This document shows, in pieces, positions 27,278-36,839 of a stretch of DNA of 64,000 nt. This stretch comes from a virus (Duplodnaviria; Caudoviricetes). Position 1 is the stretch's first letter. The number at the start of each line of letters is the position of its first letter. The notes beneath the pieces are model-generated. The model was not told where the DNA came from. It was given only the letters and a program-made list of their open reading frames with translations, and ran no database searches. The position numbers and the translations under genes were made by a program. Where the stretch lies: positions 96,001-160,000 of the IMG/VR virus record IMGVR_UViG_3300014208_000024. One strand, given 5' to 3'.

Positions 27278-30200
27278 TTAAGAATATTTTTGTGTATCTT
27301 TAACCATTACTTCTTGTAATACTCTACCATTTGCTACAAGTTGAACTACAATTGGTCTTCCTTCTCCAGAAGTGGTGGTCTTTTCTTTTTCTCCACTTCC
27401 AGTCATTCTTCCAATTGCATCTATAACAGCAACCATAGCAGTCATTGCTCCACCTGCAAGGGCAGCAAGAGACATTGCACCAGAAAATTCTCTTAATTCT
27501 TCAAGTTTTGCTAAATCTAATTTTGACAAAGAATCACTCAATTTCATAACCCCACTCGCCATTGAATCCAATCCCTTTCCTCCCATTTCTAATGCTAATG
27601 ATAACGGAATTAAAACAAGTGAAATTGCAAGTAAAGTACTAATCATTAATGCCATTCCAAGTAACATAATTGGATTTACAAACAAAAGTCCAGCTAAAGC
27701 AAAAACTGCTAATCCACCAGCAACCCCCATAAGTGCAGGCCCTATTCCAGAAAAAGTACTCCAATCAACCTCTGCTAATCCTTTTAACCCAGATGATAAT
27801 ACCATAAAGCTAGCTCCAACCATAGCTAAACTAGTTGCAACCCCAACAAGTATTGCGACACCAAGTAATAGTGCTAAAATTTGCGGACCCATCATCATTG
27901 CACCAAGCACCATTAATCCAACTACAACAAGAGTTAAAATTCCGACTCCAGCCAAAACACTCATCCAATCTACATCATTCATAATTTTTGCAGCATAAGC
28001 AAATGGAATAAGTGCCAATCCAACAATACCCATTGCAAGAGCCATCATCAAAACGTTTCCTATGTTTATTTTTGCTTCACCAACTAATTTAATAGCATAA
28101 GCCATTCCAACCAATCCAGCACCCATAGCAAGTAAAATTAACGGATCACCACCCAATGCCCCAAATATAAGAGCAATTCCAGCCAATGGGATAAGAAGTG
28201 ATGTTATTGCCAACGCAAACATTCCAATCCCTTTTAAATCATATTTTCCAGCTTCTTTAAAAACCATTCCTAAAGTTTTAGCAAATCCAAACAATCCGCC
28301 TCCAGCTGTTGGTTTTACTTTTTCTGATTGAGTTGCTGCATCCGTTGCTGGAGATAATGGATTTTTTTCCCCGTTACCAACTAAGTTTTTAGCATCCATA
28401 GCTTTTTGAATTCCTCCACTTTTAAAAATATTTGATAAATTTTTTGGATTCATTGCAAAAACCATTTTTCCAAGCCCACCAACAAGAGGCGGCAACAATA
28501 AAAACAATGCCGCTGTAAGAGCTCCTAAAGATAAAATAACTCCACCTAATGGTAGTGATTTAATCCAATTAATAACAGATGTTATTCCTTGAAAAAACCA
28601 AGTTAATCCATCTAATAATGGCTGAAAAACAGTAAACATATTCAAAAGTGTGTTTTTTAGAGCGTCAAACGATTTTGTTAAACTCATGTTTTGTTTTGCT
28701 TGCTCTTCTAAGTTCTTTTCGTTTGCAGCTTTTTCTATCATTATTTTTTCTAAATCCCTTTGACTTAATTTAGACAAATCTGTAATTCCTTTTTTTCCAA
28801 AAAAACTATCTTTTAAAACCACCCCATTTATATCTACAGAATCTGCAAGTGTTGCTTTTATTGACTCTGGATCAATCAAATTTCCCTTTTCATCTTTTAT
28901 TCCATCAAATTTAAAATCTGGCATCATTTTAAGTTTTTTATTATCTGTGGCCATTTTTGCTATTCTATTTTGAATCCCCTCAACAGTTTCTCCTGTTGCT
29001 TGAGCTACTATTTCAAGCCTATCTTTATCTACTGGATCAAAAGCATATTCCATTTCTCCATTTGCATTTTTTGCAAAATGCCCAATATCTGAACCCATTT
29101 TACCTAATAATTTTTGCATTTCTTGAGGACCTTTTCTAGCTGCTGAGAGAAGCTCCATAGGATTTACTGCACTGGCAAAACTTCCACCAGCGAGTTGTAG
29201 TTGAGCGGCCATATCCATTGCTCCCTCTATGGTTCTCGCTTTTTTGGAAACATCAAATATTTCATCAACATTTTGTCCCAACCTTAATGCCATATTGGTC
29301 ATTTTTTTCAACGATTCAATTCCTCCAGTAAAACCCATAGATCTAAATCTAACAAAGTTTTTAGAAATACTCTCTATAGATTTTTTAGAACTTACTCCAA
29401 ACATTTTAGCACTCACATTTATATCAGAAAACTTTTCTTCCAACTTATCTGAACTAGCACCCATTCTCATCATTTCCGCAGACATGGTACCAATACTTTC
29501 TGCACTAGCACCAGTAGCCATTTGTACTGCTTTTAAACTATCAGCGGCGTTTGAAAGAAGGTTAAAATCAGTTGTATTTAAAGTATCACTCATTACTTCC
29601 ATCAACTTAACGGTTTCTGCAATTGACATTCCAAATTCAGCCGTTTTCATTGTTAAACTAGTCATTGCAAGTTCATTTTTAGTAAACATAATCCCAGACT
29701 GTTGTTGACCTTCGTGAATTGTATTGTCAAATTCTACCAATTTATTTATTACAATATTTTTTAGGTTTTTTGCAAATTCTAAAAGTCCTTTTTTCCAATT
29801 AAATATAGTCTTTTCCGTTTCCAATGCATTGGCAGCTAAATTTTTTACTTCTTCATTTGCTTTAGCATATTGTAACAATTGATTTTTTTGTTCTTGCGTG
29901 GTATCCTTTAAAGTACTCAAAACTAACGCAGCTTGTTTTCCTTCTTTTTTAATTAATTCATCTATTTTATTTTCTTGAATAGCGGCAATGTATCTTTGAA
30001 TTTTCCATTCATCTCCAAGAACTGATAATTCTTCAAATCCTTTTATTGATCCTATTGGTTTTTTATATTCATCTCCAATTTGTTTTGATGTTTTTAAAAT
30101 CTCTTTTATACTCTTTTGTGATAATCCAAGATTTTCTAAATCTTTTTCTTCTATTTTTTGTTTAAGTTTTAATTTTTCAAAAATTTTATCCTGCAATTCT

Positions 30201-30607
30201 TTTATTTCTGTTTCACTTTTAAATTGTGCGGCAATATTTTGCTTTTTAATAGAGTCAAACAGTTTTTGTTTTTGAGAAGTTTCATCCAACATTACTCCCA
30301 ATTTTTTTGCGCCTTTTTGAAAACCCTTAAAACTTTCATTCAAAGTAATTTCCATTATTTTTAAAGATGCATTTGCTTTTTCAAACTCTTTTGTTTGAGA
30401 AGCAATATCTTGTGATGATTTTGTTACTTTTTCGAAAAATTTTGAGCCACTCATTCCTAATAAACTCATACTGATTCCTTCCCATGAATCTTTTATGAAT
30501 TCAGTTGATTTTTCTAAATATTTTTGTTTTTTATAAAGATTATCAATAGCTTTAACTGCTTTTTGATAAGCTTCTATGTTAATATTTTGTTGATTTTTTT
30601 CTGCCAT
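27278..30607 (-). CDS. Tape measure protein
   Basis: 1109 aa, helical A/K/E-rich with a long hydrophobic Ala/Gly/Leu region; lies among hub and gp26-like genes. Confidence 0.8.
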   Translation of the reverse strand: MAEKNQQNINIEAYQKAVKAIDNLYKKQKYLEKSTEFIKDSWEGISMSLLGMSGSKFFEKVTKSSQDIASQTKEFEKANASLKIMEITLNESFKGFQKGAKKLGVMLDETSQKQKLFDSIKKQNIAAQFKSETEIKELQDKIFEKLKLKQKIEEKDLENLGLSQKSIKEILKTSKQIGDEYKKPIGSIKGFEELSVLGDEWKIQRYIAAIQENKIDELIKKEGKQAALVLSTLKDTTQEQKNQLLQYAKANEEVKNLAANALETEKTIFNWKKGLLEFAKNLKNIVINKLVEFDNTIHEGQQQSGIMFTKNELAMTSLTMKTAEFGMSIAETVKLMEVMSDTLNTTDFNLLSNAADSLKAVQMATGASAESIGTMSAEMMRMGASSDKLEEKFSDINVSAKMFGVSSKKSIESISKNFVRFRSMGFTGGIESLKKMTNMALRLGQNVDEIFDVSKKARTIEGAMDMAAQLQLAGGSFASAVNPMELLSAARKGPQEMQKLLGKMGSDIGHFAKNANGEMEYAFDPVDKDRLEIVAQATGETVEGIQNRIAKMATDNKKLKMMPDFKFDGIKDEKGNLIDPESIKATLADSVDINGVVLKDSFFGKKGITDLSKLSQRDLEKIMIEKAANEKNLEEQAKQNMSLTKSFDALKNTLLNMFTVFQPLLDGLTWFFQGITSVINWIKSLPLGGVILSLGALTAALFLLLPPLVGGLGKMVFAMNPKNLSNIFKSGGIQKAMDAKNLVGNGEKNPLSPATDAATQSEKVKPTAGGGLFGFAKTLGMVFKEAGKYDLKGIGMFALAITSLLIPLAGIALIFGALGGDPLILLAMGAGLVGMAYAIKLVGEAKINIGNVLMMALAMGIVGLALIPFAYAAKIMNDVDWMSVLAGVGILTLVVVGLMVLGAMMMGPQILALLLGVAILVGVATSLAMVGASFMVLSSGLKGLAEVDWSTFSGIGPALMGVAGGLAVFALAGLLFVNPIMLLGMALMISTLLAISLVLIPLSLALEMGGKGLDSMASGVMKLSDSLSKLDLAKLEELREFSGAMSLAALAGGAMTAMVAVIDAIGRMTGSGEKEKTTTSGEGRPIVVQLVANGRVLQEVMVKDTQKYS

Positions 30608-30655
30608 TATAAATTTTTATTATAAATATAACAACAAAAAAATATTTTGTAAAAC

Positions 30656-30683
30656 AAAAAAGGGAATATGATAACACATTCCC
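30656..30683 (-). terminator. Intrinsic terminator
   Basis: Minus strand GGGAAUGUG-UUAU-CAUAUUCCC followed by a U-run, after the stop at 30709. Confidence 0.75.
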
Positions 30684-30708
30684 ACCCTTTTTCTTTGTTA
30701 AAGAAAAT

Positions 30709-31191
30709 TTATTTTTCTTTAATCCATTTTAACGCACTTTCATTATCCATCATGCTCAATTTTGAGTTAACATATTCTGCCGCTCTTTTGGAATGCTTTC
30801 CTCCTAAACTTTCAACTCCATCCAGTAACATTGTTGACTTTAATTCTTTTGCTGCAGTTTCATTACTCATCAAACTTATTTTCGAATTTCTATATTGTCT
30901 AACTCGCTCAATATGTTTGTGTTCATCATCACATTCACTTGGAGTACCTGCGATTATTCCTCCAATTACCTCTCCAGCTACACTTTGGGATTTAACAATA
31001 TTTATAAAAGACAAGATAAGAAACCAAACAGGAATAATCATTGAAATTTTATAAAAATTAAGCCATGGTGTACTTCCGTCATATCCTGGACGCATAACTT
31101 CCCAAGAAAAAATTTTATCATACCAAGAATTACAATTATAAAAAATTACACAACTTAATGCTAAATAAAAAATTGATTTAAATGTTTTCAT
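30709..31191 (-). CDS. Hypothetical membrane protein (2 hydrophobic segments)
   Basis: IFYLALSCVIFY and MIIPVWFLILSFINIV. Confidence 0.65.
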   Translation of the reverse strand: MKTFKSIFYLALSCVIFYNCNSWYDKIFSWEVMRPGYDGSTPWLNFYKISMIIPVWFLILSFINIVKSQSVAGEVIGGIIAGTPSECDDEHKHIERVRQYRNSKISLMSNETAAKELKSTMLLDGVESLGGKHSKRAAEYVNSKLSMMDNESALKWIKEK

Positions 31192-31238
31192 TTTATTTTA
31201 ACTTATTTATTAATATATACGTAATTATATTAAAAAAG

Positions 31239-32525
31239 TTACATTTTTAAAGAATTTTTTAATGTAGAAAACATTTTTTCTTTTTTTTCTTTATCTCCTG
31301 AAGTTTCTTTAGAGGGAATGTTTTGTATAATGTTTTTTTGTGGTATTAAAAAGTTTTTTAAAGATTTTGTTATAATGTTTTTTATACCTATTTTCACAGT
31401 TTCTTCAACTAAAAAATTCATGAAATTATCAAAATATTGCATTAAATTATTTATTTCATTGTCTAATTTTTGGTTTTTAGTAGTTTGGCCAATTTTACCG
31501 TCAAATATTGATGACAAATGTATAAAAGACAAATATCCACTTATTAACCCATTGTCAATATATTTTTTAAGCAAAATAAGCTTTTGATAAAATACCCCAG
31601 TTTTTAAGTCACTTATAAATTTTTCAACAAATTCTTTTGATTCTACGCTATTAGATTCAACTTCAAATGAAATTGGTATTTTTTTTATTGTTACAAAATT
31701 TTTAAGATTTTTGTCTAATGCAAAACTTATAACATTTTTAGAAGATATTTTAAAATCGTCAATTGTTTTTGTTACAGATATTGATTTAATGTTTTTTATA
31801 ACATAATTTTCAAACAAATCGAAATATGCTCCATTTTTTAAAACCCCTATTTTTTCATATGAATTTCTAATCGTTTCCCATAAAATAGAAACATTATCCA
31901 TACTTGGAATTAATTTAAAAACAAAGTTTGAATCTTTGTTATTTAATTTTTTTATAATTTTAAAAATTAATATTTTATTTCTATCACCCTTTATGGTTAC
32001 AAACCAATTGTCTGGAACCCTAATTAATTCAATATTTTCTTCTGAGTTTAAAATTTCATTTTCATATATTTTTGTGCCCAAAATTCCATTTTCATAGTCT
32101 TCAAAAGTTCCATTGATAAAATTTTCTGGAGAAGTTTTATATGTTAAATTATCTGCAGCATAAGTCTTTCCATTAAATTGTCCCCCGACAAAAAACACAT
32201 TATTTCCACTAAGAAATTCTTTCCCCTTAAACTCTCCATCATTCCATATACCTTGAAAATTGATATTTTTATTTTCGATTGATATTTTGTATGCTTTATA
32301 ATTGCCCAATAACATCCACTTATACTCTGGGTTCAGCCACACATCTTCATCATATGGATTTGTATATCCATCTCCATACATTGCCCCAATAAAGTTACCA
32401 TTTAATAAATATCCATTTTCAACCTCAATCAAAATTTTATTTTGTTGTTGCTTTTTTTTAAAAATATTATTAAAAATTCCTTCATTGATTTTTTTTTGTT
32501 CGTTTAATTTTTCTAATGAATCCAT
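31239..32525 (-). CDS. Hypothetical late protein
   Basis: TATTTATA at 32536-32543; leader MDSLEKLNEQKKINEG; G-x-F/W-x-G repeats near the N-terminus. Confidence 0.7.
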   Translation of the reverse strand: MDSLEKLNEQKKINEGIFNNIFKKKQQQNKILIEVENGYLLNGNFIGAMYGDGYTNPYDEDVWLNPEYKWMLLGNYKAYKISIENKNINFQGIWNDGEFKGKEFLSGNNVFFVGGQFNGKTYAADNLTYKTSPENFINGTFEDYENGILGTKIYENEILNSEENIELIRVPDNWFVTIKGDRNKILIFKIIKKLNNKDSNFVFKLIPSMDNVSILWETIRNSYEKIGVLKNGAYFDLFENYVIKNIKSISVTKTIDDFKISSKNVISFALDKNLKNFVTIKKIPISFEVESNSVESKEFVEKFISDLKTGVFYQKLILLKKYIDNGLISGYLSFIHLSSIFDGKIGQTTKNQKLDNEINNLMQYFDNFMNFLVEETVKIGIKNIITKSLKNFLIPQKNIIQNIPSKETSGDKEKKEKMFSTLKNSLKM

Positions 32526-32602
32526 AGTTTTTTATTATAAATATAATATAAAAATTTTGATTTTAAAATATAATTAAGTATATTTATCAAAAATAAGATA
32601 TT

Positions 32603-32761
32603 ATGAAAAGAAATAAACCAAAACTATCTATAACCATATCTCCAAAAATTTCAAAAAAATTGGACGATTATAAATACAACAAATCGAAATTAATAGACTC
32701 ATTGCTAATAGACTATTTTAAGAAAATGGATAATGGTGCTGTAGAACATGAAAAGTTTTAA
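32603..32761 (+). CDS. Ribbon-helix-helix-like micro-protein 1 (52 aa, not in ORF track)
   Basis: MKRNKPKLSITISPKISKKLDDYKYNKSKLIDSLLIDYFKKMDNGAVEHEKF; beta-strand LSITIS, then two helices. Confidence 0.7.
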   Translation: MKRNKPKLSITISPKISKKLDDYKYNKSKLIDSLLIDYFKKMDNGAVEHEKF

Positions 32762-32786
32762 CAGCTCTTGCACTTTTTTTATTTTT

Positions 32787-32822
32787 TTTGTTATATTTAT
32801 AACAAACACTTAAAATGTTATA
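32787..32822 (+). promoter_or_regulatory. Inverted-repeat operator candidate centred on a TATTTATA promoter motif
   Basis: TTTGTTATA-TT-TATAACAAA at 32787-32806 contains TATTTATA (32794-32801); third half-site TGTTATA at 32816-32822. Confidence 0.6.
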
Positions 32823-32826
32823 AATT

Positions 32827-33000
32827 ATGGCACGCAGAAAAATTGACACATCGGAAAAAAAACAAAATTTATCCATTGTTATTTCTCCATCAACCTTTAG
32901 AAAATTAAAAGAATTAGATTTAAATGAATCTAAATTCATTAATTGGTTATTAGAAGAACATTTTTACAAATTAGAAAATGGAGGAATACATCATGCCTAA
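32827..33000 (+). CDS. Ribbon-helix-helix-like micro-protein 2 (57 aa, not in ORF track)
   Basis: MARRKIDTSEKKQNLSIVISPSTFRKLKELDLNESKFINWLLEEHFYKLENGGIHHA; paralog of 32603..32761; stop overlaps the next ATG (ATGCCTAA). Confidence 0.72.
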   Translation: MARRKIDTSEKKQNLSIVISPSTFRKLKELDLNESKFINWLLEEHFYKLENGGIHHA

Positions 33001-34303
33001 AAAATTCACAACAAAGGAGTTTGTTGAAAAGGTCAAAAAAATTCATAGAGATAAATATGATTATTCAAATTCAAAATATGTAGGGATAAAATTTGCAATT
33101 GAAATTTTTTGTAAAAAACATAAAACATTATTCACTCAAAGAGTAGAAGACCATATTAACGGTAAAGTTGGATGTAGAGAGTGTTCAAAAGAAAAATATA
33201 AGAACAAAAGATTGTGTACAACGGAAGATTTTATAAACAAAGCAAATAAAATACACAAAAACAAATTTGATTATTCACTTGTAGAATATGTTGGAAATAA
33301 CAAAAAGGTTGTTATAAAATGTCCTATTCACAAAGAGTTTTGGCAAACTCCAGTCAATCATTTAAAAGGAAAGAGTTGCCCAAAATGTGCTGGAAAAAAT
33401 CAAACATTAGAAGAAATTATCATCCAAGCCAATAAAACACACAATAATAAATATGATTATTCTAAAGTAATTTATAAAAACAAAAGCACTAATGTTAATA
33501 TAATTTGTCCAATACATGGAGATTTTTTTATGACTTTTAAAAACCATATTTTACACAGTCAAAACTGTCCGAAATGTGCAAAGAGAAGTTTAACAGAACA
33601 AGAATTTATAGAAAAGGCAAATAAAATTCATAACAACAAATTTGATTATTCAAAAGTTATATACAAAGGAATAATTAATCCTATAACTATAATTTGTCCC
33701 ATACATGGAAAAATTGAACAATTCCCATATGAACATTTAAGGAATAAGTTTGGATGTGGTTTATGTTCTAAAATGAATATAATTCCTTTAGAAAATTTAA
33801 TTATTCAAGCAAATATAATTCATAATAATAAATACGATTATTCAAAAGTTAATTTAATAACCAAAGGAAGAAAAGTTGTTTTTACTTGTCCTATTCATGG
33901 TGATTTTCAACAATCTTTTGAAAATCATATTGACAGAAAACAAGGCTGCCCCCACTGCAAATCCAGTAAAGGAGAATCTTTAATTCGTGAATTTTTAATA
34001 AAAAACAACATTTTTTTTGAACCTCAGAAGAAATTTAAAGACTGCAAATATAAAAGTCCACTTCCTTTTGATTTCTATTTAACAGAATTAAATATATGTA
34101 TAGAGTATGACGGAGAACAACATTTTGACAAAAACAATTATTTTAATAAAAAAAATGAAATAAATTTTGTTTTAACCCAAATTAAAGATAAAATAAAGAC
34201 TGATTATTGCAAAATGCAAAACATTCCTTTAATTAGAATAAAGTATGACGAAAATGTAGAAGAAGTATTAAAAAACAAATTAAATTCTATTATAAAAATC
34301 TAA
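32993..34303 (+). CDS. Endonuclease with five Zn-binding DUF723-like repeats + PD-(D/E)XK domain
   Basis: Five units H-x-x-K-(Y/F)-DYS...C-x-x-H...H...C-x-x-C; C-terminal PFDFYL...IEYDGEQHF; start MPKKF at 32993. Confidence 0.85.
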   Translation: MPKKFTTKEFVEKVKKIHRDKYDYSNSKYVGIKFAIEIFCKKHKTLFTQRVEDHINGKVGCRECSKEKYKNKRLCTTEDFINKANKIHKNKFDYSLVEYVGNNKKVVIKCPIHKEFWQTPVNHLKGKSCPKCAGKNQTLEEIIIQANKTHNNKYDYSKVIYKNKSTNVNIICPIHGDFFMTFKNHILHSQNCPKCAKRSLTEQEFIEKANKIHNNKFDYSKVIYKGIINPITIICPIHGKIEQFPYEHLRNKFGCGLCSKMNIIPLENLIIQANIIHNNKYDYSKVNLITKGRKVVFTCPIHGDFQQSFENHIDRKQGCPHCKSSKGESLIREFLIKNNIFFEPQKKFKDCKYKSPLPFDFYLTELNICIEYDGEQHFDKNNYFNKKNEINFVLTQIKDKIKTDYCKMQNIPLIRIKYDENVEEVLKNKLNSIIKI

Positions 34304-35370
34304 AACTTTGCTTTTCCAGACTTAGCTTTATTCATAGCTTTCTTTTCTTGCTCGTTTTGTTTATCCATCTCATCTCTTATTCTTTGGATGTGTTTTTTTC
34401 TTTCATAAACAGCCATATTTATTGCATCTTGTCTATTGATTCCTTTTCCATAATATGTAATTAAAAATATTTCCTCTAAAATATTTTGCTTATATGTTTC
34501 TGGAAGAGAAATAAAATTATATCCCACAAGAACTTTCTGAATAAAGTCTTCTCCGCAGAATGAACATTTAAATTTTACTTTTTCATCTATTCCAACTTCA
34601 TTTTCATTTATAAATTGTGCAATATAGTCTACATATTTTTTTGGAATCTTTCGTATAATTTTTTTTATTTGATCCTTATCTGAAATTCCATTAATTGAAT
34701 CAATGTTATACACCAAAGAAAGAGATTTGTCTTTTCTGATTTTAGTATTTACTCCGTCTTCATTTCTAATAACAAAGTAATCATCTTCAGTTTCATTTTC
34801 AAATTTCTCCATTTCTTTTTCAAAAGTAACAGGAGATATAATAAACTCAGTTTCTATTTCTGGTAAAAAAATAACATATTTGCCCCCTTCGCTTGGTTCA
34901 ACCTTTGGTTTTTTAAATTCTAGTTCTGAAAGCATAAATTCATAATCCGCTTCCTTGCTGCAATGTGGACAAACCAATTTCATCTCAACGTTATTACCAA
35001 AAGCAGTGGATCTTAAAAATATTAGAATTGCTTGAAAATCACTCAACAGTAGTTTTTTAACATCAATGTCATCAATTATCAAGTCTTGTAATATAAGTTC
35101 AATTCCTTTACCAGAAGCCATTAACATTGAATCACATAAAATGTGTTCTTCAACTGCTGTTAAATATCTAATTAAAAGAGATTTTTTCTTATCGGGATAA
35201 TATACCCCCTTAGAAGGAAGGTTGATTATACTAAATTGTCTAGTTAAATCAACCTTCTTGTTGTTGTTTTTTTTAATTTCCTTTTTTAAATCATAAAATC
35301 CCTCTAATAGAATATTTGCATTTTTTTTGAATTCTTCAAAAGCCTGTAAACACTCTTTGTTTTCACACAT
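34300..35370 (-). CDS. T4 gp26-like baseplate hub assembly protein with gp51-like C-terminal extension
   Basis: INLPSKGVYY, RYLTAVEE, LIFLRSTAFG, CPHC, CSFC; tail ILEEIFLITYY...ERKKHIQRI. Confidence 0.65.
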   Translation of the reverse strand: MCENKECLQAFEEFKKNANILLEGFYDLKKEIKKNNNKKVDLTRQFSIINLPSKGVYYPDKKKSLLIRYLTAVEEHILCDSMLMASGKGIELILQDLIIDDIDVKKLLLSDFQAILIFLRSTAFGNNVEMKLVCPHCSKEADYEFMLSELEFKKPKVEPSEGGKYVIFLPEIETEFIISPVTFEKEMEKFENETEDDYFVIRNEDGVNTKIRKDKSLSLVYNIDSINGISDKDQIKKIIRKIPKKYVDYIAQFINENEVGIDEKVKFKCSFCGEDFIQKVLVGYNFISLPETYKQNILEEIFLITYYGKGINRQDAINMAVYERKKHIQRIRDEMDKQNEQEKKAMNKAKSGKAKF

Positions 35371-36200
35371 TATAGGTCTGCGTTAGGATAAAACAATCTA
35401 TATGTCATTGGAACATCATCTTCATAACGATGTCCACAATTTATACACTCAAACTCATAGTTAAAATCTACGCCTGGAGATATTAGTTTAACATATTCTC
35501 TAAACACCAGAGAATCTTTCATTGGCATAGCAGATATTAACTTTGATATATATAATTTATCTCTGTTTCCTTCAACTTCCATAATTTGAAGTCTATATCT
35601 TTCAGTTACAGATTTAGAAACTTTAAAGTTCGTATTCCCTTTTTTAGTTGTCTGGGATGCTTTAGAAATTTTATTTTCATCTTTGCCATTTAAAAATCTA
35701 AATTTTATGTTTTTCTTCATAATTGGAAGTAAAAAATCATATTCACCCTTTGCATCAGGCTGATGTTCCAACATTTTAAGTTTTAATTTACTTAAATCAA
35801 TTACTGGTTCATATTGCTCTCCACAACTAGGACATGACATTTTTCCAGGTTTATATTCTTCTCCCATACCTGTTCTTCTTACATGAATAAGAACAGTATT
35901 CCTGTCTCCAACAATCATGTCATCTGGATTTAACTCTTTGTCTACAATAACAATTTGAAGCAGTGCATCAAGAACTCTTCCGCTTTTAATAAGTTCTGGG
36001 GAAAACAAAACATCATCTTCTTCTGCGGTTAAATATTTTATTTTAACTGTTTTTTTGTTGTTTGCGTAAAAAACGCCTCTTGATGGAAGTTCAATTTCTT
36101 CCGTTGGAACCATAAATTCATTATCTATAAATTGCTGAGGAATTTGTTCTTCAGGTTTATTAGATTGTCCGACAATAATTCTTTTTTCTTGATTTTCCAT
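35370..36200 (-). CDS. T4 gp26-like baseplate hub assembly protein
   Basis: IELPSRGVFY, KYLTAEEDD, GDRNTVLIHVRRTGMG, CPSC, CINC. Confidence 0.75.
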   Translation of the reverse strand: MENQEKRIIVGQSNKPEEQIPQQFIDNEFMVPTEEIELPSRGVFYANNKKTVKIKYLTAEEDDVLFSPELIKSGRVLDALLQIVIVDKELNPDDMIVGDRNTVLIHVRRTGMGEEYKPGKMSCPSCGEQYEPVIDLSKLKLKMLEHQPDAKGEYDFLLPIMKKNIKFRFLNGKDENKISKASQTTKKGNTNFKVSKSVTERYRLQIMEVEGNRDKLYISKLISAMPMKDSLVFREYVKLISPGVDFNYEFECINCGHRYEDDVPMTYRLFYPNADL

Positions 36201-36307
36201 AATTATTAACTTTATATTAGTTTTTAATAATTATACAAAAAAATTAATTTAAAATAAAGTAAATAGAAAAAATTTCCTATTTTCCTAAGTTTTGAAAAAA
36301 TATTTTT

Positions 36308-36820
36308 TTAAACTGTGGGAACAGAAGGTGAATTTGGGGATGCAGAATTCATTTGGTCACCTGTTTTTTGGATAGTTTGTTGCAAATCTTCCATATCAGA
36401 AAGCTTCTTTTCTAAATCTTGGTTTTGTTTTTTCAATTCAATATTTTTCTTAACATTGTCTTGCTGCATCTTTACTATGTTTTTTACTTTAGCATTATTA
36501 ACACTTCTTAAAGTGTTGACTGCACTGGCTGGAGTTAAAGGATCAGCTGGAACAGTAGATTTAACTTCTTGATTAGCTCTTTTTTTATTAAGCTCTAAAT
36601 TTTTCTTTTGAAGCTCCATTTGTTCAATTGTTTCATTATTGGAGTCAATAGTTTGATTTGTTATGTTTTGTAAATCTTCAACATTTTGTACCTGGTCATC
36701 AACTTTTGGTTGTAAAGAATCTAAACTTCCTAATGATGATCCACTTTCTCCAGCCTCAGACAAACTGTAAAACATTTCGTTTAATTGTTTCCTAATATAT
36801 TTTCTTAATAGTTGTTTCAT
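36308..36820 (-). CDS. Coiled-coil hypothetical late protein
   Basis: TATTTATA at 36824-36831; leader MKQLLRKYIRKQLNE; Q/N/K heptads. Confidence 0.7.
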   Translation of the reverse strand: MKQLLRKYIRKQLNEMFYSLSEAGESGSSLGSLDSLQPKVDDQVQNVEDLQNITNQTIDSNNETIEQMELQKKNLELNKKRANQEVKSTVPADPLTPASAVNTLRSVNNAKVKNIVKMQQDNVKKNIELKKQNQDLEKKLSDMEDLQQTIQKTGDQMNSASPNSPSVPTV

Positions 36821-36839
36821 ATATATAAATAGTTAAAGT

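Noticed and set aside
25915-31054. Long plus-strand ORFs 25915..26670, 27372..27998, 29229..29708 and 30668..31054
   Set aside because: Stop-poor antisense frames of repeat, tape-measure and membrane genes; no start context or motifs
32718-32939. 73-aa minus-strand ORF in the track
   Set aside because: It is the antisense shadow of the two plus-strand RHH-like ORFs and their operator, which have better coding and coupling evidence
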